Below, piece by piece: positions 38,301-50,300 of a stretch of 64,000 nt of DNA. Numbering within the stretch: position 1 is the stretch's first letter; each line of letters begins with the position of its first letter. The notes under the pieces are model-generated. The model made no database searches. It was not told where the DNA came from and saw nothing but the letters and a program-made list of their open reading frames with translations. The stretch comes from Phyllobates terribilis. Its lineage: Eukaryota. The DNA lies in assembly GCF_046119375.1 (NCBI RefSeq), contig NW_027362761.1:480252001-480316000 (forward strand), given 5' to 3'. The position numbers were made by a program, and so were the translations under genes.

Positions 38301-41300
38301 ATACAGATTTTTTGTAATTCGTTCCACGTGAATTCAGCAAACTTGCGTCCAGCTGAGGCTGCCATTTTATTGAACCTTAAAGGGTCATCAAAAAGGCCAT
38401 TTTACTGTTTGGAGGGCTATGTGGGTGACATTATACTGTATATAAGCAATTATACAGTGAGAATGTTTTTGCAGGGACCATAATACTGTATAGAGGGCTG
38501 TGTGGGGGTCACTATGCTGTTTGGAGGGCTAGTGGGCGCCATTATATAGTGTGGATGGTTATGTTTGGGCCATCATACTGAGTGGATGAGCGTGGAGGCC
38601 ACTATACTGTATGGAGGGCTGTCTGGCGATCACAGTTGGGGCATCATACTGTGTTGGGGTCACCATACTTTGCCAGGGGAGGGTTACAGTAGGGTCATCA
38701 TACAGTGTGTGTGGAGGGCAATGTGGAAGAATTCACTGTGGAGGCATCATACTGTGTTTCAGGGGGGCACTATAGTTGGAATCATACTATGGGGCAATGA
38801 AAGGGCAATCTAGGGGTTTCAATAGGAGGAAGATCACTTTGTAAGGGCTGAAAAGTTGTAAGATATGTTCTTCTGTGACCCCACAGAACATTACGTTTTT
38901 TTGGGGGGGACAATTATAACTTTGGCTATGGGGCCCCATGATTTCGGTGTACGCCCCGGCGGACACTCAGACAGCGCACACTAGGTCTGGGTGTCCGCCT
39001 CCATTAGGCGTATTTGCCCGAAAATTATGCAACATTATAATCTACGGCTCCATTGGGGCACAAGCCTGAATCCCATTTTGCAGTGGGGTTCGAACGTAAG
39101 CCCCGACGGGGCCCCCGAGCGTGTGACAAAATTCAATGTCAAAGCACCCTAATGTGAGACCTAGTGGCCAGTAAGAAAACTGCATAATGTTTTTAATCCA
39201 AACCCTGATATGAAAAAATAAACTTAAAAAAAAAAAACTCAACTAGCTATAAGCAGCCTGGCCATGTAACCAATGCGGTGTATAACTAAACCTGGCACAA
39301 CACTGATTTCGACAGTTTTCACACTATCAGACCCATTTTTCCCTCTATGTGGAGCTGTGATGGCAATATTACAAAAAAATTAATTTCGTATAGTTTTTTT
39401 TCTTCTTTTAAATATATCTTTAATTACCTCGGTCAAAAATGACTGGTGGCTCATCCTGTTTAAATTCTTGCATTAAAGGGTTGATCCACTCCTGGACTTG
39501 GATGCTCATCTCTTTGGCAAGCACTAGGATGGTTGCAGTCTTTCCGCAACCAGGAGGGCCAGTCAGCAACAAAATAGACCCACCCTGTGAAAACATGCAG
39601 ACATGTTAGCGATAAAGAAAAGGTGATGAATACACTGGGTACGGAAAGTATTCAGACGCCTTTAAATTTTTCACTCTTTGTTTCATTGCAGCCATTTGGT
39701 AAATTCTAAAAAGTTCATTTTTTTTCTCATTAAAGTAGACTGTGAAACCCATCTTGAATGAAAAAAAACAGACATGTAGAAATTTTTGCAAATTTATTAA
39801 AAAAAGAAAAACTGAAATATCACATGGTCATAAGTATTCAGACCCTTTGCTCAGACACTCATATTTAAGTCACATGCTGTCCATTTCCTTGTGATCCTCC
39901 TTGAGATGGTTCTACTCCTTCATTGGAGTCCAGCTGTGTTTAATTAAACTAATAGGACTTGATTTGGAAAGGCACACACCTGTCTATATAAGACCTCACA
40001 GCTCACAGTGCATGTCAGACCAAATGAGAATCATGAGCTCAAAAGGAACTGCCCAAGGAGCTCAGAGACAGAATTGTGGTAAGGCACAGATCTGGTCAAG
40101 GTTACAAAAGAATTTCTGTATTACACAAGGTTCTTAAGAGCACAGTGGCCTCCATAATCCTTAAATGGAAGAAGTTTGGGACCACCAGAAGTCTTCCTAG
40201 ACCTGGCCATCCAGCCAAACTGACCAATCGTGGGAGAAGAGCCTTGGTGAGAGAGGTAAAGAAGAACCCCAAGATCACTGTGGCAGAGCTCCAGAGACAG
40301 TTTCTCCCATCTCTAGGGAGATGGGAGAAAGTTCCACAAAGTCAACTACAGTATCACTGCAGCCCTCCACCAGTCGGGCCTTTATGGCAGAGTGGCCCAA
40401 CAGAAGCCTCTCCTCAGTGCAAGACATATGAAAGACTGCAGAGAGTTTGCTCAAAAACACATGAAGAACTCCCAGACTATGAGAAATAAGATTATCTGGT
40501 CTGATGAGACGAAGATAGAACTTTCTGGTAATAATTCTAAGCGGTATGTGTGGAGAAAACCAGGCACTGCTCATCACCTGCCTAATACAATCCCAACAGT
40601 GAAACATGGTGGTGGCAGCATCATGCTATGGGGGTGTTTTTCAGCTGCAGGGACAGGACGACTGATTGCAATTGAAGGAAACATGAATGTGGCCAAGTAC
40701 AGAGATATCCTGGATGAAAACCTCTTCCAGAGTGCTCTGGACCTCAGGACTTGGCCGAAGGTTCACCTTCCAACAAGGCAATGACCCTAAGCACACAGCT
40801 AAAATAACAAAGGAGTGGCTTCAGAACAACTCTGTGACCATTCTTGACTGGCCAAGCCAGAGCCCTGACCTAAACCCAATTGAGCATCTCTGGAGAGACC
40901 TGAAAATGGCTGTCCACCAACGTTCACCATCCAACCTGACAGAACTGGAAAGGATCTGCAAGGAACAATGGCAGAGGATCCCCAAATCCAGATGTGAAAA
41001 ACTTGTTGCATCATTCCCAAGAAGACTCATGGCTGTACTAGCTCAAAAGGGTGCTGCTACTCAATACTGAGCAAAGGGTCTGAATACTTATGACCATGTG
41101 ATATTTCAGTTTTTCTTTTTTAATAAATTTGCAAACATTTCTACATTTCTGGGTTTTTTCAGTCAAGGTGGGGTGCAGAGTGCACTTTAATGTGAAATAA
41201 AAATTAACTTTTAAGAATTTACCAAATGGCTGCAATGAAACAAAGTGTGAAAAATTTAAAGGGGTCTGAATACTTTCCGTACCCACTGTATCTGACCTCT

Positions 41301-44300
41301 GGGGGCTCCAATGATCCCTAGAATGGGGGTCCTGAGCAGTTGTGCTGTGAGGAGGAATTCAAATGGAGGGGCATGACAAATGCTTAACTCCTGCTCCATC
41401 CACAGCCCTCCTCAAAGTAGACCCCCATTCTAATGATCTGTAGTGTTGAGCCACCCCCGTAGTGTTCGAGTTCGGTTCGGTTCGTCGAACACCCGTGTGT
41501 TCGCCGAACTGTTCGTCGAACTGTTCGTCGAACACCTTCGAACACCGTTAAAACCAATGGCAGGCAAACAAAAACACATAGAAACACATAGAAAACACCT
41601 TCAAAAGGTGTCCAAAAGCTGACAAACTGCTCAGAAGACACAACTAACACATGGAAAAGTGACAAGTACATATAGTCATGCGAAAAGAAAAGAGGTGGAG
41701 GAGTAAAAGGAGGGGGAGACACAGATATAGGCATGTCATGCCCTTCTAAAATCCAAAAAGTGAGAAGCCGAGACGGCCAGTCCGCTCCTGCCCGTGCCAC
41801 CTCCGTGTCGCCGGGTTTGTGCCAGAGCCGCGGTGAACCCTGACGGCCAGCCCCCCTCTCCCAATACTGGTGCCTGTCCGCTGGTGGGTCGAGAGAGCCC
41901 CCCTGTGGTGGAGGCAGCTCTAAGCTTTTTAATTTAAATTGTCCCTCTAATTTGAATGAATACACTTTAAATCCATTTACAAGGATCTATTGGAGGGCAA
42001 GTCTCATGCCAGCAGCCGCGTAATTCCAGCTCCAGTAGCGTCCACTAAAGCTGCTGCAGTTAAAAAGCTTTTATAAGGATCGAGCTCGGCTGTCCACCGC
42101 AAGGCATCCTAGTGCCAGTCCCAGCCCCTATGCCTTGGGGTGCCTCCTGATGCTCTTCACTGAGTATCCCGTGGTCCCGAAGCATTTCCTTTGAAAAAAT
42201 TAAGTGTCCAAACTACAGGTGGTGTAGCTTGCTTAACAGCCGGGATAATCCGCTGACTAGCAGACACTGCTACTAGGCACAAAGTATTTCCTGGGCTAGA
42301 TGCAGTTAAAAATTTGTAAGTAGATACTCTCGTTGGATGCTGAGAAAGCATTCCATAGAGTCTCCTGGCACGCCATATATGATTATCTTAAAAAGCTTGG
42401 GGTAGGGGTCTAGGGGACCCTTTTATAGCCAAAATCACGGCCCTGTATCACAATACGTCACCTAGGCTGAAGATAAATGGAACTGTAGCACCGAGGGCTC
42501 GGTTGCTACAGACGTATTGCACCTCACCCAGAGGTGTGATATCTCACTCTCAGATAAGGATGGAGTGTGGATCAGGACCCGACACCTGCATGCATTACAC
42601 CACATTGCCGTGGGGCAGGGCGACCAATATGCCCCTGAGATGGGCACGACAGTCCCTGTCCCTGGCTGGAGTGGGGGGAGGGAACACTGAGGAAGGGGAA
42701 CCCTGCAGTGCAGGAGCAGGGAGGAAGCAGTTCCTGGGTGCATTGAGAAGGGAGTATAAAAGGTGGGCACCATCTTAGTTCAGTGCAGAGAAGTCTGAGC
42801 AGAAGTGGCAGGGAGCAGGGGCTCTGCATGAGCTCTGCTCCGGAGGCGGGCCTAGTAACAGAGGCCCAGGCCTGCAAGAGGGAGAAGGAAGGAAGAGGAG
42901 CGGAGAAGGCTCCAGGAACGAGGAATGAAGGGATCCCAGGGGTGCGGACGGGCGAGTCGCCACCGCACGCCCGAATCCACCTGCGTGGAGGGGTCAGGCC
43001 AAAGGGGGAGACTGGTCCCCGAACTAGTGGAGGCAGGAAACGACCCTCAGCTAGAAACCGGAGGCTCTGACATTTTATGTGGCGCAGCCCCTTGCTCCAC
43101 CCGCTAGGAAGGCACCACATAGGGTCAGGGAAACTGGCGCCAAGTTTACCAAGAGGAGGCCCGAGGCAGCCGGACAGAAGTGTTGGTAAGAAAGGCCAGA
43201 CAAAGGACACACAAAGGGGGTCCTGTGAAGCACTCCAAAGTTATCTGGGAGTTGTCTGAGCCCCTCACCTGGTGAGCACAGTACGACGTGGGCAGCCGTT
43301 ACCTGCAGACGTGGTCTGGATAATAAGAACTGTGAGTAAAGGCCCTGAACTGCATCACTGACTCCGTGTCGTTACTGCTGCTGCCCTGCACCATCACCCC
43401 CATCCTCCGCATACACTGCCCTGAGGCTATACTCCTCCCGTGGGGAGTTATGCTACGCTCTGCTGCACCCACAACACCAGCCTTAGCGGTCTGCCCTGTA
43501 GCGGCGGTTCACTCTGACCGCAATCCACGGGTGGCGTAGTCGGACATTTAAACATCAAAACCACATAAATAGTTCCGCCACTGGTTTGACCGCCCTGAGC
43601 CACGGAACCGGATCGCCGCCACGAAGACTACAACCACCAGCATCCACCAAAAAGGGTCCGGCTCCAGGTGTCCCAAGGCCCAGGGGGTGCGTCAGAACAT
43701 TTTCATCACCTTTCACAATCACCAATGGGACAAGGCAGGGATGTCCTCTGTCCCCTCTCTTATACATCCTAGTGACGGAGCACCTGCTCTCATCAATTCG
43801 CCATAACCCCAATATTAGGTGGATTGAGGTGGGAGGCACCGAGTACAAGTGCTCTCTATTTGCTGATGATGTCCTAGTATATATCACTCAATCACATATA
43901 TCCATCCCTGCTGTTATGGAGGAAATAGATCACTTTGTTACATGGTAAAATTTTAAAATCAATGCAGCGAAGTCTGAGGCCCTCGATGTCTCCCTCCCTA
44001 AATCCATATAGGATTCCATCCAGTCCAACTTTCCCTTTGCCTGGCCCTCACAGGGTATCAAATACTTAGGAATTCCTATTCATAGAGACCTCTCCCATCT
44101 ATGTTATCTTAATTTTGGGCCCTTTATTGAACAATTCCATACAGACCACGGTTGGCAAGTTAGAACTGTAAGATTCACTACGTGAACCACTGGTGTTTTG
44201 TGGAAAAGCACATGTACACCGCGTTCCAAATTATTATGCAAAAAGTGTTTAGGAGTGATAAGGGAAGAATTTGTTTGTTTGTCAGTTAAACTCATTGATG

Positions 44301-47300
44301 GTGGTGTGTGTCAGGGCTCTTTATATCACTGTAAGCAATTGCAGACACCTGTGCTAATTAGTTTGGCAGGTGTGTCCAATGAAAGGCAAGACTACTTAAG
44401 AAGGCTCTCTCACATTATTAAGCAGCCTACATTTTCTGCCAAAATGGGAAAGAAAAAGGATGTGTCGGCTGCTGAGAAGCAACAAATTGTGGAGTGTTTA
44501 GGTCAAGGCATGACTACAATCAACATTGTGCGATGATCAGGATGAAGTGTCTTGGCAATCAAGAAGTATGTAGCTGATTCACAGTACACACGTGTGCGTG
44601 CTGATAAGGGCAAATTGAGGACTCTTTCCTACAGGCAATTACGTCAGGTTGAAAGAGCAGCGGCAAAAAAGCCTTGTCATAGCAGCAGACAAGTTTTTGA
44701 AGCTGCTTGTGCCTCCAACGTCCCCCGAACAACAAGATGCAGGGTCCTTCAGAGGTTTGCAGCTGTGCATACGCCATCCTGTCGACCTCCTCTATCCACT
44801 TCACACAAGCAGAAACGGCTCCAGTGGGCCAAACATTACATGAAGACTGATTTCAAAACTGTTTTGTTCACGGATGAGTGCCGTGCAGCGCTCGATGGTC
44901 CAGATGAATGGAGTGGAGGATGGCTGGTTGATGGACACCCCACGCAAACACGGCTACAGCGCCAACAAGGAGGAGGTGGAGTAATGTTTTGGGCTGGAAT
45001 CATGGGGAGAGAGATTGTCGGCCCCTTTAGGATCCCTGAAGGCGCTAAAGATGAACTCCATAATGTATGTGGATTTTCTCAAACAGCACTTCCTGCCATG
45101 GTTCAAGAAGAAGAACCGTGTATTTCACAGCAAGATCATTTTTCTGCATGATAATGCACCATCTCATGCTGCACATAAAACATCTGCATCTCTGGCTGAT
45201 ATGGGCATAAAAGGGGACAAACTTATGGTGTGACCCCCATGCTCCCCTGACCTCTACCCCATTCAGAACCTTTGGAGCATCATTAAAAGGAGTGTCTATG
45301 ATGGCGGGAGGCAGTTCACATCTAAGCAACAGCTCTGGGAGGGTATTCTGTCCTCATGCAAAACAATTGAAGCAGAAACCATCCAAAACCTGACAAATTC
45401 AATGGACGAGAGAGTTCAGAAGCTCCTTTCGAACAAGGGGTCCTATGTGAAAATGTAACATCACCTAGAATAAAGTTTTGAGTTGAAAACTGTTTGATTT
45501 CAGTTTCTAACAACCTGCTAATGCTTATAATTTCAAAAATGACCATTTTTTTGGTCTTTATTAAAATGAAAAGGTTGATCGAAAAGTTTGGGGGATCTAA
45601 GAGTGTGGCAGCCCAGTAGTCATGATTACTTCGAATTCTGACAATATGAGGGTCATGCTGCAGGTAGTGCAGCAAGAAGGCACTTATGTGTCTTGCGCAT
45701 CTCGGAGCCCCAAAATTATTTTCCGGGCTAGATGCAGCTAAAAATTATTTTTAATTTTAAATCTGGTGAAGCTTATTATAGATGGCCTAATAGGATCAGT
45801 GCTGCACAATGTTACAAAGCCCAAATTATTTTCCAGTCAAGATACAGATAAACATGATTAGTAATTTGAAAGCTTAAAACGGTTGGTAGGGTGATTTTAA
45901 CCAATTATCAAGCTTTTACTCTCCCCAGGATGACACAGGGGTAGAAAAGTCGTTTCGGATCCATGATTTGTTCATCTTTATGAACGTGAGTCTGTCTACA
46001 TTATCAGTGGAGAGCCGCGTGCGCTTATCTGTCAGCACACCACCAGCAGCGCTGAACACACGTTCAGACAGAACGCTGGCTGCGGGGCATGACAAGATCT
46101 CCAAGGCGTAAGTGGCTAGCTCCGGCCATTTATCCAGATTGGAAGCACAAAAAGAGCAAGGGTCCAGTGACACAGTCATGGCTTCAATGTTTACTTGGAG
46201 ATACTCCTGTACCATCGTCTCTAGGCGTTGACTATGTGTCAGACTTCTTGTCTCCTGTGGCCTTGCAAAGGATGGGCTAAAAAAGTGGTGAAATGATTCC
46301 GCAAAATTGATGTTACCAGCAGATACTGTGGTTCTGTTACGGTTTGAGTGCTGAACACTTGACGGTCCCACGGTTGGCAAGTTGGAACTGTGAGATTCAC
46401 TACGTGCACCACTGGTATTTTGTGGAAAAGCACATGTAAGATTCTGCAACAGTCTCTGCTGATACTCCTGCATGCGTGCATCCCTTTCTATGGCAGGAAT
46501 AATTTCTGCAAATTTACTTTTTTACCGGGGATCTAACAGTGTGGCAACCCAGTAGTCAGGATTATTTCTAATTCTCACAATTCGAGGGTCATGTTGCAGG
46601 TAGTGCAGCAAGAAGGCACTCATGTGTGTTGCGCATCCAGGAGCACCAAGTCCCTGTTGTGTTGGTGGCGAGGTAACAATCATGCTTCCTTCCTCTGTCC
46701 TCTCCCCCCAACCTCGCACAACAGAAATGTGATCAAGGTCTCCCTCATCTGATGAGTCTTCCATCAGTTCGTCCTCCACTTCTTCCTGGGCTCCTGCACC
46801 TTCCTCACTAGTTTGGCTGCTACCATGCGCCCTGGTAAAATCATCTCCCCCACCCTCACATGCCTGCCGCCTTGGTGCTGCCGACCGTCTGGACCTTGCA
46901 GATGTTAGCCCTTCCGCATACAACTCCTCCTCCTCTACTTCCTCCACCTCATCTTGTGCCACCACCTGACTCCGAATTCTGTTTAACATGTGCTCCAGCA
47001 TGTAAATCACCGGAATAGTCATGCGGATAATGGCATCGTCAGCACTAAACATCTTCGTCGCCATTTCAAAACTGTGCAGAAGGGTGCATAGGTCCCTGAT
47101 CTGAGACCAGTCCTCCAGCGTGATTTGCCCCACCTCTGAATCTCGTTGGCCCAGGCTATACGTCAGAACGTATTGCACCAGGGCTTGTCGGTGCTGCCAC
47201 AGTCGCTGCAACATGTGCAGAGTTGAATTCCACCGGGTAGGCACATCGCATTTTAGCCGGTGAAGTGGCAGGCCCAACGACTTCTGTAGAGATGTAAGTC

Positions 47301-50300
47301 GCTGAGCTGCGGGATGCGAACGGCGGAAGTGAGCACACAGCGACCGTGCCCTCTGCAGAAGGCCATCTAGTCTGGGATAGTGGGCTAAAAATTGCTGGAC
47401 AACCAGGTTCAACACGTGAGCCATACAAGGCACGTGTGTGACATTGCCCCGGCGAAGGGCCGCACCCAGGTTTGCAGCATTGTCGCACACGGCCTTCCCT
47501 GGTTTCAGGTCCAGTGGAGACAACCATTCATGAAATTGGTTCTCCAGAGCTGACCACAACTCCTCAGCTGTGTGACTCACATTTCCCAGACATTTCAATG
47601 TAAAAACCGCCTGATGACGTTGAGCCCTACTGCCAGCATAGTAAGGAGGTGTGCAGGATCCCTTCTGCGCAGTTAGAAAGCTTGTGGCATGACCAGACAG
47701 GCTTTGGGTGCAGGTGGAAGACCGAGAGGAGGTTGAGGAGGCAGAAGCAGTGGAGGAACTTTGACATAAAGAGGATTGACGCACAACTCGTGGGGACGGC
47801 AAGACTTGGACAGCAGCCCCTTGTCCTGCTGTCACCATAGTTACCCAGTGCCCAGTCAGCGACATGTAACGCCCCTGTCCATGCCTACTCGTCCAAGTGT
47901 CTGTGGTGAAATGCACCCTGTCACACACAGAGTTTCTCAAAGAAGCGGTGATGTTGTGTGCGACATGCTGGTGGAGCGCAGGCACACCTTTCTTTGAGAA
48001 GTAGTGCCGACTGGGCATCTGGTACTGGGGCACTGCGACGGACATAAGGTCTCGAAAATCCTCTGTGTCCACCAGGCGGAAAGGCAGCATTTCTGTAGCC
48101 AAGAGCTTGCAGATGGTGAAATTCAACCTCTTAGCTTTCTCATGGCTAGGAGGAAATGGTCTTTTACTTGTCCACATCTGAGGGACCGAGGGCTGGCTAT
48201 TGTGCTTAGACGGGGTTGATAAGGGTGTCCCCGGCAAACTGCCGGTCTGTGAGGAAGATGCAGGCGTACATGTTAGGTTGCCTTGATCCAAAGGTGGTGC
48301 TATCGATGTCGGACAGCGCTCAAGACCAGCTGGTGTTACCACCTCCAAAGAAAATGATGACCTGCCAATCACGCTGGCTGTTGCGGGTAAAGAGGTGGCA
48401 GGTCTGCGCCCCAAAACAGGTGTGACTGCTGTCCCCCCAGTCACAGAGGATGAAGAGGCCGCGGATGCACAAGATATGGCAGACGGTGGTTGGCCCGGCC
48501 GGCTAGGCCGCATTGTAGCACACTGAGCTTCCCACTGCAACTTATGCTTCATGTCCATGTGCCGGTTCATGCATGAAGTACTCAAACTATGTATTTTTTG
48601 GCCTCTACTTAGCTTTTGCTGACAAATGTTACAGATAACACGAGTTGGGTCATCTTTATCGATCTGAAAAAATGCCCAGGCTATGCAAGGCTTAGCACCC
48701 ATGCGACCTGAAGAGCCACCACGACTTGTGGTGAGAGGCAGAGTTGTGTTTGAGGATGCAGTTGTTGACGTGCTTCCAGTACTACGTCTCTGTCCAGGAA
48801 GGCGCAACCTGACCTCGTCGTCACTAGCATCTTCCTCCACCTCCTCTGCTGACCTCATCTCTTGGCTGACTGTGGGTTGACAGTAAGTGGGATCTCCGAC
48901 CTCATCATCATCACCCTGTGCGTTATCACACCCGTCGTCCTCAGAGCCAACCTGTTCCTGCCCTGACAAAAAACTAAAGTTGTCGCTCCAATCAGGTATT
49001 TGAGTCTCATCATCGTCTTCCTGATTGTCTCCACCAACAGGAGTTACAGTTTGGGAATGAGGGTCTACATTATGGTCAGAACCTTCTGCGTCTGGTCCTG
49101 GATCCGACTCCTAAAGATTCTGGGCATCAGTGCAGATCATTTCCTCGTCTGGATTCACAGAAGCGCTGGAGTCGACCTCTGATTCCCAGGCTATAGTATG
49201 AGTAAACAGCTCTGCAGACTCAACCATCTGTTCTACCTCATACTCAGACGGGCAGCTGGAGATTTGGGAGCTGTGAGGAAGCAAGTGCGATTTGGGTGAC
49301 ACCTTTGAGGACTGGAGTATTTGTGATGTTGAAGTTGATGTGGAGGAGAGCCCACTTAAAGGAGCACTTGATATCCGTTGAAGCACCTGCTGTTTTTGTG
49401 CCTCATCTGGAATTTGTAGCGATTGGCGTGGCCGTAAGAAAGGGATCTTATCACATTGTCCGCTAAAAGAAGTAGACATTTTAGTTTGGCTGGAAGATGG
49501 TCTTTCTTCTGCACCTACCCCACGGACACAACCTTTTTTCCCCTTCCCAACACGCCTATTCCCCTTTCCACCAGCAGCAGGCCTTTTTCCACTCATTTTG
49601 GTGGTTAACTAATTCACAACTCTGGAGTTGTTTGCACAAAAAAACAATGGATGGTAACCGAGCAGAGCTGAGTGGCCAAACTGTGGTATTAGGCCAAAAC
49701 TATTGGCTGGGTTAGATGCAGAAAAAAATATTTTTAATTTGCAACCTGATGGAGGTCAGTATAGATGGACTAATAGACCAAGTCCCACACACCGCTAGAA
49801 GCCCAAATATTTTTTCAGAGCTAGATGCAGAAAATTTTTTTATTCAATTTGCAACCTGATGGAGGTCAGTATAGATGGACTAATAGACCAAGTCCCACAC
49901 ACTGCTAGAAGCCCAAATATTTTTTCAGAGCTAGATGCAGAAAATTTTTTTATTCAATTTGCAACCTGATGGAGGTCAGTATAGATGGACTAATAGACCA
50001 AGTCCCACACACTGCTAGAAGCCCAAATATTTTTTCAGAGCTAGATGCAGAAAAAAATTATTTTTAATTTGCAACCTGATGGAGGTCAGTATAGATGGAC
50101 TAATAGAACAAGTCCCACACGCTGCTAGAAGCCCAAATATTTTTTCAGAGATAAATGAAGAAAAAAATTATTTTTAATTTGCAACCTGATGGAGGTCAGT
50201 ATAGATGGACTAATAGACCAAGTCCCACACACTGCTAGAAGCCCAAATATTTTTTCAGAGCTAGATGCAGAAAAAAATTATATTCAATTTGCAACCTGAT

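Noticed and set aside
41819-41839. Second 530-loop-like motif GTGCCAGAGCCGCGGTGAA upstream of the 18S fragment
   Set aside because: The similarity is limited to about 19 nt and I could not extend it to 18S or mitochondrial 12S on either side; it may be chance in GC-rich sequence.
41948-42212. Functional 18S rRNA gene
   Set aside because: Only about 265 nt, with substitutions and a deletion in the invariant 530 loop, and no flanking rDNA. Recorded as a pseudogene fragment.
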